64,000 bases of DNA, from NCBI GenBank assembly GCA_027923505.1, contig BROI01000002.1, forward strand, positions 496,001 through 560,000, written 5' to 3'. The DNA is from Mayamaea pseudoterrestris (lineage: Eukaryota). Positions within the stretch are counted from its first letter, which is position 1. Every line of letters begins with the position of its first letter. A program made the translations under genes and the position numbers. Under the pieces are notes generated by a model. It ran no database searches, was not told the origin of the DNA, and was given only the letters and a program-made list of their open reading frames with translations. Below, piece by piece: positions 45,884 through 56,881 of the stretch.

Positions 45884-47890
45884 CTAGCACCCGCCAAAAT
45901 CAAACAGTGATTCCTTGCGGAAGATTGTCAAGTGATCGTCGTACGAAAGATTCCCTTGCAATTGCTCAACCGAAACATCACTCGAGCGACCTGTCTTTGG
46001 ACGAGGGTAGTCGCTCGTGCCACATTGATGACTGTATTGCTCGAAACACCCATCAATCACACTTTCGAAAGAGTGGATTTTGGATGCGCCTGTAGCGCCA
46101 TTTTGTTGTGGTTCTGACGCTCGTACAGTGTGGTATTTTATAAATGCTTCTAGTCGCCGGATCGAGCCGTCTGTCTGTCTTTGCTCGTGCCAGTCATCCA
46201 TGTACTTGTCTTCGTCAACGTCAACGTCCACTCCAAGAGTATTCAGTACGCATCCTGTGGTACCTCCCAGGACAAAGACTGTCACAAGTACAATCGCCAT
46301 CGTTGTCATAGCAAACTCGTTCTGATGCCCAAACGTGTCGGGGAACGAGCGGACACAGGCATATGCCACGGCACCACGCAAACCAGCAAACCAAAGCATG
46401 TGGGCAGTTTTAGGCTGAATCTTCAAGTCGCGCTGCTTTCTTGGTGTCATGCTTGACATGTCACTTTCGGCATGTGGGACCGTGGTTGGTTGATGATACA
46501 TTTCTTCCGCTTCAAGGTAATAATCGTCTTGGAGGGATGATTGCTGTTGCGATGTTCTTCTTACAAACGACAGCCCCGTGGCGATCTTTGTCGGAGGACC
46601 GTGCTTGGGAGATCTCGGTAAGCAAGAGGGACCTCCTTTTGGGTTACGTCGCAATGCTCGGTTGAAAAAGAGTGCAATCGGGTACACATTCAATGCCCGC
46701 GCAACCAGGCACGCGAACAGAGCCCACAATGTAAACTTGCCGTTGAAGCTTCCTTTCATGCCAAAGACAGACAGGCCAAGTTCCAAAAAGATTGAAGTTT
46801 CCGCCAAGTATGCTGCTAGACGAAACAGTGATTCGGCAGTCGTGGACGTGGAGGGCGACAAGTTGGGTTTCACGTAGGATCGTGCCGTCATGCCGGTGAA
46901 CAAAATAGTCACAATACCCGACAAGTGCATTAGCTCCGCCAGTAGAAAGGGTACATACATGATGAGTATGTACAAGCTGAGCTCCAGTAGCCGATTCGTC
47001 CGCATATCGACATATTTGAACAAGAGCGCAGCAAGACATCCGCAGAGAACTCCCAAAATCGGGCTGCCGACGGCATCCAGCATGAAGCTAAAGATAAACG
47101 TCCCAAAGCTCGTAATAATCTTGCCTGCCCCGTTCTCCGGAACGACAAACTTTGCAAATGCCTTGAACAAGACAAGACCAACGGCGTCATTTAAAGCAGA
47201 TTCACCAAACACCAGGTAGAATAAATGTGGATCAACTCGCTTGGCTTGAAAGACGGCAAGAATTGAAACTGTATCCGTCGTCGAAATCAAGGCGCCAAAC
47301 GTTAACAACTCCGTCATGGTCGGCTTGAAGTCTCCAGTAAGTCCAAAACTGACAACAAGATCAAGTACAAACGCGATACTCAGCGACGAAATCAAGGTAC
47401 CTGCCACGGCAAAGAGCGAAATGGGTAGCAAGTGACGAAAAAATAATTCCCGCCTCAAATGATAACCCGAATTGAAGATAATCGGAGGCAGCAGCGCCAC
47501 AAACAAGACATTTGGTGAGAAGCTGAGTAGCGACTCCGCAAAGGCGCCAGCGCCATAGGTATCGTCGTCGCCTTCCGCAGCCGACGCTTCATTTGAAATA
47601 AAGAGCAAGTGAACAACACTACCTGCCGCCATTCCAACGAGTAGCGTTAAACCCGCTTCAGGTAGTATCGTTCCTAATCGAGGCCGATCATGTAGAAATT
47701 TACTCAGCAGCAGTACAACTGCTAGTAGAGTTGCGAAAAAGACAAAGTAGGCAGAGATTCCTTCTGTCGTTTGCCATGTTGGGCTGAGTGAGCTGCCGTA
47801 CTCGTCGTCGTCATTGTTATTAGCATCATCGTATCCATCTCCGCCTTCATTATTCTCATGTGCATCCTCAAGGTATCGAAAGGCATTCAT
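45884..47890 (-). CDS. Na+/H+ exchanger (CPA1, NHE/NHX type)
   Basis: LLPPIIFNSGY, FGALISTTDTVSILAVF, LVFGESALNDAVGLVL and WFAGLRGAVAYA. Confidence 0.95.
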   Translation of the reverse strand: MNAFRYLEDAHENNEGGDGYDDANNNDDDEYGSSLSPTWQTTEGISAYFVFFATLLAVVLLLSKFLHDRPRLGTILPEAGLTLLVGMAAGSVVHLLFISNEASAAEGDDDTYGAGAFAESLLSFSPNVLFVALLPPIIFNSGYHLRRELFFRHLLPISLFAVAGTLISSLSIAFVLDLVVSFGLTGDFKPTMTELLTFGALISTTDTVSILAVFQAKRVDPHLFYLVFGESALNDAVGLVLFKAFAKFVVPENGAGKIITSFGTFIFSFMLDAVGSPILGVLCGCLAALLFKYVDMRTNRLLELSLYILIMYVPFLLAELMHLSGIVTILFTGMTARSYVKPNLSPSTSTTAESLFRLAAYLAETSIFLELGLSVFGMKGSFNGKFTLWALFACLVARALNVYPIALFFNRALRRNPKGGPSCLPRSPKHGPPTKIATGLSFVRRTSQQQSSLQDDYYLEAEEMYHQPTTVPHAESDMSSMTPRKQRDLKIQPKTAHMLWFAGLRGAVAYACVRSFPDTFGHQNEFAMTTMAIVLVTVFVLGGTTGCVLNTLGVDVDVDEDKYMDDWHEQRQTDGSIRRLEAFIKYHTVRASEPQQNGATGASKIHSFESVIDGCFEQYSHQCGTSDYPRPKTGRSSDVSVEQLQGNLSYDDHLTIFRKESLFDFGGC

Positions 47891-48651
47891 AGTAGTTGAT
47901 CAAGTAGCAGATTCACTGTCAATTCATTGGCCGTCGCACAAGATGGTCCTCGCTTGTTGTCCATGGTGGAGCGAAGGCGATGGCTGAATGCAGGATACCT
48001 TTTGCACGCGTGCCGAACGGTTGCTTTGATCCACTATTAAGAATAGTGTAGGCTATACTGCCAACTTTAGGACGACGGATGGACAATAGTAAAATAATGA
48101 ATCATATATCGGAAGCTCCCAGGCGTCACAAAGATCGTAGTTTAGATCGCATTGATGAACCGAATGTGTGAGAGTCTACTCCGGTCTTTGCTGCTTGCTA
48201 CTGTATGTACGTACAGTATACTCCAGTAATACAATTGCAAGGACTTGGGGCGCACAGGTTACTCTCTAATGTGGCCTCACTGACATTGGATTAGAAAAGC
48301 TTTGCTTTGAGCCTGCCTTGAATAACACAGGAATCGCGTTCTCGCTGTACTCAAACAGTGACAAGTTTTGATGTTGTCATGTATCATCAATGCGTTACAG
48401 TTACAATCAGCTCGATCTCATGTAGCATTCTGCGACGGCTCTACAGCTTGCCATTAAGCACTGACAGTGCAACACGAATCGCCGACGTGAGAAAATGGCG
48501 TGAGCATTGGCGATCTACTCGTACGCAGGCCACATGTAAAGAATGATAAATTTACGAATTCGACGCTATATCAGATAAAAGTGTGTTCCTACATTTGGAG
48601 CGCCCACTTCAAAGTAAACTGCAAATTCTTTGGTTCAAACAATCCATGCAT

Positions 48652-49341
48652 CTACTTGTCGCCGTAAACTGCCCAGCACTCCTTTTGCTTTGGTCCTCCT
48701 CCATTAATAACGTTTGTGAAACCATGCTGCTCCAAAAACTCCTTGGCCAAGCCTCCACGCGTTCCAGCTCCACAGTGCGTTATGATTGGCGTGTCCTTGG
48801 CAACGTCGGCTGGAAGTTCCGGCATGGTTTGATTGGCGCGGTCCCACACCAAATTCTTGGCCTTGGTGCGAAAGGCACCAGTGGGCAAGCCTGCCAGTTT
48901 CAAGCTCGTCTCATCGCCTGGTTCCGATGCAAAGTCAGTCGTTCGCGTGTCAACGACCAGTAACTTGTCGCCAGCCTTGTCGACAAAGGCTTTCAGTTCT
49001 TCTGGTGAAGCAATTCCGGCGTTGGAGTGATGATCGTGTGAATCGGCTGCGGTCGGCTTCGTCGTCATGGCAGTTTTGCTCGTCTTCGTTCGCTGAGTCT
49101 TCTTAAACTTTTTGTCTAAATCAACGTTTCGACTGACTAATATTCCGATTCCCTTTCCAATCAAGGTCGCCAACAAAAAGCTCGATCCAAAGACGATGAA
49201 GAAACCTGTAGGAAGCGACTGCAGAAAATTGTAAAAGCGAGGGAGCTGAGAGCCAAACCAAAGGGCGAGAATGGACATGCTGCTGCTGCTTCGTGTGGAG
49301 CAGGAAGAAGATTTAGTCGTGGTTGGTCGATTGGATGGCAA
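48652..49341 (-). CDS. Rhodanese-domain protein
   Basis: LLVVDTR...DTPIITHCGAGTRG..AKEFLEQHGFTNVINGGG; the true start may be an internal ATG. Confidence 0.8.
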   Translation of the reverse strand: MPSNRPTTTKSSSCSTRSSSSMSILALWFGSQLPRFYNFLQSLPTGFFIVFGSSFLLATLIGKGIGILVSRNVDLDKKFKKTQRTKTSKTAMTTKPTAADSHDHHSNAGIASPEELKAFVDKAGDKLLVVDTRTTDFASEPGDETSLKLAGLPTGAFRTKAKNLVWDRANQTMPELPADVAKDTPIITHCGAGTRGGLAKEFLEQHGFTNVINGGGPKQKECWAVYGDK

Positions 49342-49668
49342 TAACGACGTGGAAGGGCGAGGTACTCGCAGTCCATGGTGGACGGAGCTCGAATCAAAGA
49401 TTCATTTGTCGTAGCGGTTATCATTTGAACCGGTGTGACATCAAATTTTACTCCGCGGTCATTTCCGAGAGCTGTACTCGATTGATGTCCCGTATGACAC
49501 CTTGGACTATTGCCACCAATGGCCTCGTGGTGTCTGGGCGAACAAACGCGGAGATTTAAAATGTCCTCGACTGCCGATCTAATAAAATTTGGCATCACCG
49601 CACTTCGTACGACGACAAACCAAGCATAATCGATAATTTGAAGCCAATTTGAAACAAACAAGGGCACC

Positions 49669-52600
49669 ATGAATCATTCAAATCCTACCATCAACGCCGA
49701 CGTTTCGTCGCAACTGCTCAACGAGTCGTACTCTTGCTTCGACGACGACGATGGAGCAGATCTTGCTTGTTCCGTCGCAGCCACCGAAGCGTCAAGTGAG
49801 GAAGAAAAGCTGCGTGCGCTCAAATCAAGTCGCAGACTTGTTCGACCGTTAGTTTTAGCATTCATTCTTGGAACTGGTCTTGTCGTCTCGGTGACTGTGC
49901 TCGTGGTAACGAGGAGGCAAGATGAGCGACTCTGTCAAGAAGCAGCGACACAAGCCGCTGCAAGTATGCAACTTTACGTCGAAGACAACCTTCGCACCAC
50001 CGTCGACACGACCACGTTTACTATCAGCGATGACTGCGTTTCCTCTTGGCCTGCGATTGCTAGCGCATTGATTGCCGCTTGCTTTCTCGCGGCAGCCATT
50101 GGCTTCGCGTGGTACGACCGACGCCAGCAGCGCAAGTACGACAAGGCGCAACAGCTGGCGGAGCGAACAACATCCTTGGTGGCCTCATTGTATCCCAAGC
50201 AAGTGCGAGACCGCTTGCTAAACCAAGACAAAGAGCAGGCACCAAACAAATTCAACATGAAACAGTCAAAGGTAAACCGAACCATTCCAGCTGGCGATTT
50301 GGATGTAATGACGAGTAAGAGTCCATCGAGCAAGCAGCAGGTTGCTGCCAAGAGCCAGTCTATTGAGCTACTGTCTAGTCAATCAGGGGATCTACAACCG
50401 CCAGCAGCAAGGAGAACGTTGATGAAACGAGACGAAACGCCTCTCGGCGCCACCATTGACGACACTGTCGAAATATTCACCTCCCGACCCATTGCAGACT
50501 TTTTTCCAGATACTACTCTTCTCTTTGCCGACATTGCTGGATTTACGGCATGGTCATCGGCGAGGCAGCCGACCGAAGTGTAAGCAGACGAGTCAATTTG
50601 TTGGACGATTACATCTTCGTGTCTTACATCTTTCGACTTGATGCATCACAGGTTCATGTTGCTCGAAACGTTGTATGGAAACTTTGACATTATTGCGGAG
50701 AAATATGGCATTTTCAAGGTTGAGACTAGTAAGTACGCGTGGGCGTGGGGGCTGCCAAAGACTCACAAAGATTCATACTCACACGTTGACGACGTCGTTA
50801 CAATATGATAGTTGGGGATTGCTATGGTAAGTTGCAACGAAGATGCACGACTCTCGCTCAAATTGATTCCCTCTTTTAGTTGCCGCATTTGGTTTGCCGG
50901 AACCAAGAAATGATCATGCTGTTGCAATGTGTCGATTCGCTCGTGACTGTTTGTCCAAAGACCAAAGAACTGGTGAAGAAGCTTGAGAAGAAATTGGGAC
51001 CCGATACCGCTGAGCTGCATATGCGAGTTGGTATCCATTCAGGCTCTGTCACGGGAGGGGTATTGCGAGGCGCCAAGAGTCGGTTTCAGGTGAGTTTCCG
51101 CAACTCGCTTTCGTTCGCAAGGGCACACATATTGGACATGCTGATAAAATATCTTATTATTTCGATAGCTCTTTGGCGACGCAATGAATATGTGTGCGCG
51201 AATCGAAACGAATGGGGAGAAGGGCAGGGTCCACCTATCACAGGCAACTGCTGACGCATTGTTGGCAGCTGGAAAAGATAAATGGTTTATTGCGCGAGAA
51301 GAAAAGGTCTACGCTAAAGGTAAAGGAGAACTGCAAACATACTGGCTCAAAGTCGGAAAGAAACATCACGACAAATCAAAGCGCAAGTCTAGGTCGAGGC
51401 TTCTGAGCACCAGCAACATTGATACCGTCAAGGAGGAAGAGGACGGTGATGAGGACCTTGGCAGCGAGAGCATTTGGTCTGAGCATTTGGTCTGATTCGG
51501 ATTACGATTCTGACGACTCGGAAAATGCATTTGATTCTGAGGAGCTTCTCTCTAACCTGGTCTCTGAAAAGACGTCCCGGCTGATCGATTGGAACGTTGA
51601 CAATCTGCTAAGACTTTTAAAAGAGGTGATAGCGTCCAAACGACTTCGTGGTGTCAACCAAGAAACGATATCGGTTGATTCGAAAGACGACTCCAGAATT
51701 CCACTGGACGACTTGAAGGAATGTCTCGAGTTTGATCCGCTTCCAAGGAGAGTGACACCAAGTGAGCTGGCCCTCGTTCAGCTCGACCAACGAGTAGTCT
51801 CGCAATTGCACGACTTTTGCACAAACATTGCAATCATGTACAAAGACAATGCGTTCAATAACTTTGAACGAGCGTCGCAGATGTTGCTGGCTGTAACGAA
51901 GTTCGTTGCCCGAGTGGATGAAAAGGCCATGCTAGGCGCTGGAAAGCATTTCTCTCACGACCCCCTGGCCGTCTTCGCTTGTGCCTTCAGCGCTATCGTG
52001 CGCGATATTGACCATCCAGGTGTCTCGAATAAAGTGCTTGCACAGGAGAATGAAAAGATGAGCAAACATTTTCGAAATACGAGCATTGCGGAGCAGAACT
52101 CATTTGATTTGGCGTTTGGGCTACTCATGGATAATTCTTATTCCGCCCTGCGCGCAGCTCTTTTCTCTTCTCAAAGTGATTTAATACGGTTCCGCCACAT
52201 CGCCGTTAACTTGGTCCTTTCGAGTGATATTTCAAGATTAGCAATAAAGAATCAAAGGTGGGAGCAAGCTCTTCTTATGAGTGGCGAAACCGCACATGAA
52301 CAGAATTATAGGGCATCGATCGTCTGTGAATTCATGCTAGCTGCGACAGAGATTATTCACACAATGCAGCATGTTGAAATATACAACAAGTGGAACGAAC
52401 GATTGTTCTCCGAACATCATGCTGCATGTCGGCGGGGCCGAGTCAAGGACCCATCCGCTTCATTTTTTAATGGCCAGCTCAAAAACTTTGACGGCGTCGT
52501 CATTCCGCTAGCCGAAAAACTTTCAAATTGCGGTGTTTTTGGCTCTCTTGGTTCGGAATGTCTCGCGTCAGCTCTTAGTAATCGACAATGCTGGCATGAG

Positions 52601-53032
52601 ACGTGCATCCAGTTGGTAGCGACAATGGCGGAACAGCATGCCAAAACGGACAATGCCCCCTCCTCACGTATATCCCCCATCTCTGTTGCAATAGATGGTC
52701 TTCGGCAACGGGAGAAAAGACCCGCTCACGACAGCGAAAAGTTTGCGGCAGAGTCATCGGCTCATCTTGAGCCAAAAAATGATACCGACAAAAATTTGAA
52801 AGGTATAGCCAAGCGGGCAACCAGCTCCAATTTTGGTTCCGCAATGAGTTTGCTGATGAATCAAGTGGATGCGATGCAAAAGATGGAGGAGCACATTCTT
52901 ACAACGAGTTTGCACGAATGTCAATCGTATGGCTCCTCCGCTGGAGTGTCCATCACTGGCAGTGACGATGATGGAAGCGCAGGCACCGACGAAAGCTTTT
53001 CAATGGATGGTTCTATTAACAGTCATTATTAA
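49669..53032 (+). pseudogene. Guanylate-cyclase/phosphodiesterase fusion gene, frameshifted (paralog A)
   Basis: Exons 49669-50579, 50652-50728, 50812-50826, 50880-51089 and 51169-53032 give FADIAGFT, FKVETIGDCY, RVGIHSG and RFQLFGD plus a PDE-like domain. A +1 at ~50957-50960 and a +13 at 51468-51493 break the frame. Confidence 0.8.
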
Positions 53033-53074
53033 AGAAAATTCAAAATTCGTGCTTATTTATGTCAAGTCCGCCTA

Positions 53075-56000
53075 CTAAGTATGATTCTTTTGTTTGGAAT
53101 GCGATAAAATGCTTCGCAAGCGTTCCACGGATGACAAACTTTTCAGGGCTGAGGCGAGAGTTAACATATGAGCGGCCTTAGCAGCATCTTGGTGGGCCAC
53201 CCATGCTTTGACATCGGTGCAAGATATACGAAGCGCTCCCATATTACCAGGCACGGAATAAGTATTTAAGGGGGGATCTGAGAGAACGCAACACATGTCT
53301 GAGACAGAATTCACCTTATTGTAGTAAGACAAATGCACGTGACTTACAAAATTCCTCCTGTAAAAGGCGCTGCACTTCAGGTCGCAGGATAGGACGCAGT
53401 TTTAAGGCAGATCCAAGTCCGCGTCCAGTGACAATGACAATATCACAAGCCGAGGCTCTCGAGTTTCCCCTTATCTCGTACATGTGCTTCTGCAAAGCAA
53501 TTCTCACAGACGATCGAGCAACAGCACGGTTCATGCGGTGTAGGTCAAGTACGACACATGGCGTGTCATCGATCTTAGACGCTTTGAGAGAAAATGGCAG
53601 GCAACCTCTCGCAATCGCAGCTAAGAACAATTCGTCGGCAGCAGCATATAATCCTTCGTTCGAGACGGCGGTAATAGCCGATACGTACAGCAGCATCTCA
53701 TAGCTACTACCGTCGACTGCATCTTCAGCAGGAGCTTGCAAACACGTCGCGGCCAAGCGTATGACTTCCTTGTCTCGGCCACGCAAAGAAAGAGCGCGAA
53801 TGGTCTCTTGTACTGCATCGATCGGCGGGCGTCTACCGCTCCATTGAATCCAGTCTTCTAAAGTTCGTACTGCCCACGCATATTGGCTTCGAATGGAAAG
53901 ACATTTTATGGCACTTGTAAGACAACGTGAGATGCGTCTGTATTCACTCAATGTATGCGGTGGCGTTGTCTTGCATGCCGGGGTAGGGTGCAGGCGTCCA
54001 ACGTACGGCCGAATAAATTGCAACGTCGACAAGCAAACTTTCCAATGGCCTGATCTGCTCGCTGCCTCAAGCAACAAAGTCCATTCCGGGAGATGCATAG
54101 ACAAGCTTGAATAAATTCCTTCCGTGAAAGTACCTCGTGAACTTTGAGTTGTCTCGTCCAGCTTTTCAATTTTTCCTTCGTTCTTAGCTGCTATTCGTGA
54201 CAGATTTTGGATGTCATCACAAAACTGCAAAGCGGATGTTACGTTACCGTGACGTGCAGAGCTTTTCATCAGGCGATAATGCAATGCAGGTAGCATGGAG
54301 CCTTCGTTTCTTCTCAAATTTTTAACTGATAAACTCGGCTGAGTTGATCCACGAGAAATTTGCATCCGTGCGAGTAGCGATTGATGCAACTGGAGCAAAT
54401 GACGTCGGGCTTCTGGGAATAAGCCGGCATAGCCACACGCCCCACAAACAAGTGCCACAAGCGTAGCTGGCGGGTTGCCAAAACTATCGACAAGCACAGA
54501 AGCTTTTCTTGCGTGTTCTTGTGCTTCGATCAAGGGAGCGTCGTCTCCGTTTGCGAGCCGGCTACGTGTTACAGAGGCTCTAGCGTATGCCTCAGCAACA
54601 CTCCGCATAATATCGCAAGAGGTAACAACACCCTTTTCATGCATTAGATCAAAAACCTGCCGGCAGGTAGGAAAATCTTCGTTGACAAGGCATGCCCTGA
54701 TCGCTCGCGACCAAATTTCTTTCGTAACGTTCGGAAAGCGATTTAGCACAGAATCAACATGCAGCATCTGCAAGTGCTCCCTTGCCACGTCCTCTCCATC
54801 GATTGCACGCAAAAGCTGAGGTATCAAGCCTGTTTTACCGCCATGACCTAAGCAATCAAGCAATTGCGCCAATGTTTCCTCATTTGGCCTAACACTACGT
54901 CCCTTGCTAACCATTTGCGAGACACAGACGAATGATTCTTCAGCATGTCCATCGCGAGACATGGCCGCCAACGCCGAATTCATCAATTCCGTCTCGCCGT
55001 TATAACATACTGGTTCGTCGGCGAGCGCACGGTCTAGCATTCGATGCACGCTCGTCGGACCACATGCGCCGACGGCTAGAATTGCTTGCCGATAGGTAGC
55101 AAGGTTCTTGGCGACTCGCATATCCGTCATTTGATCAAGGAAACCATGAGCAAGTGATTCCGCATCTGATGTATGAACAAGCTTTGCAAGATATTCCCAT
55201 TCAGCAGGTTGCAATCTGACAGCAGCACAAAGTGCAAACAAGGTGTTGAATGTTACAGTGTCAGGCATTGTTTGTGACTGTGGCTGCATTCGCTGCAGCA
55301 AGTTTAGTGCTGTCTCCAGTCGTTCCTTCGACTTTGCACGGCCACCACCTTGAACAAGTGACTGCAACATGCCATTGTATACGTATGTATTCGCATCGAC
55401 GAGTGGGTCGTCCATCAAATCATTTAGTAATTGCATGACCGTTTCGTATTGTCCTGCACGAGCGCACGCCGTAATGACAGCAGAGTAGCCATACACATTG
55501 GGGCGCGGCAGTCGCCAAGTTTTACTGGCGTTCACATCGTTGCTCAATTGTTGCTGCATGCTTTGAAAGAGTTGCAACGACAAGCGCCAGGAGTGGCTCG
55601 CGCCAAGCACCATGGTGCAAGTCACTTCATCCGGCACAATGTCAAAATCGCGCATGATTTGCAAACATGCCAAGGCATGGCCGGGATGCTCACTTGCGAA
55701 CACTTGGCTAGCACGTTCGTTCAAGCGCAGTAAATTGGAAAATATAGGATTGTTCAAGGTAATTTTCGAAAAGCATTCGTCCAAAAGTTTGATTGCCTCC
55801 TTCCACTGCCAACAAGGCGATGCTAAAATGGTTCGCAAATGCTTGTTTCTAATGCGATCAATCTCATAGTTGGGTTGTTGATTGTCCTGTATTGAGTTTG
55901 TCAGCGCCTGCAGTAAAATTCCAACGCTGTATTGATCCACTTGTCCGTTTACAGACAAATGATCGCGAAAAAGTTGCACCGCCGCCTTCACCTTGTTGTG

Positions 56001-56606
56001 ACTGGAGAGCGCTTCCAGCATGGCGTTGACTTCTAGAGGCGTCACAGTAGTTGTATCTACCATGGTCCAAATCTTTTTGATTTTATTAATGCTCGCAGAG
56101 GTTTGTCGCAAATTCCGAATGGCTTCGCCAAGAATGCGATTGCTGACTCGACGACCTTTATTGTAATGTTGCGCTCCCTGAATGAGCATCAGCACCAAGC
56201 GATAGTCATTAACTGAGCAAGCAACGCGAATAGCTTGAATGATTGCCTGTGTCATGGCTTGGTTTAGTTCGTCGTCTTTTAAAGAGAAGGTGCTTGGGCA
56301 AGTGTTTGCCTGCAAGTAATGCATGAGCGATCGGGCGGGTTTCAGCCTTGTATCTTTTGAAGCTTTATCCAGTCGCTTGACTCGCTGTATATTATGATAG
56401 TACGCCCAAAATAGTTCTGTGTCATTTCGTAATGGAGCTGATAGGATATTTGTCGGGTCGCTGACTACAGAATTGACCATGCAGAATGGATGATCGCGTG
56501 CTCGACTCGTGCCGATTGCACGAGGGGTATGGAGCGATGCGAGAAACGCAGTCGCAGTCGTTGCAATGACCACGAGCAGTAGTCCAATTAATGCTCGTCC
56601 AATCAT
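53075..56606 (-). CDS. Plastid-targeted PPR protein with C-terminal Smr domain (intron 53347-53278)
   Basis: Signal peptide plus ATA-F; PPR-like units (PNVYGYSAVITACARAGQ, PDTVTFNTL); LDLHRM and IVTGRG...NMGAL Smr motifs. Confidence 0.85.
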
Positions 56607-56881
56607 TTTATGGTGTGACTGTAGAAGGAGTCAAAAAGATGCCGTCGAAAGTTTGATGGCGTTTGCTTAATTTTGCTTTGACCGTGATCGGTGGAGGCGA
56701 CCTTATGTCGTAGCGGGTTTTACTGTGACACCCTCTACCACGAGAAGCGACATTTCTTACGGCGTAAATACGGTAGTCTTGTAACAGAATTGGGTAGTTA
56801 CTACTCTAACTATGTGTACATGATTGCTCTGCGCTATTGCGCACTCTAAAATTTTGTTTCGACAAGACACGACTGTGCTCT

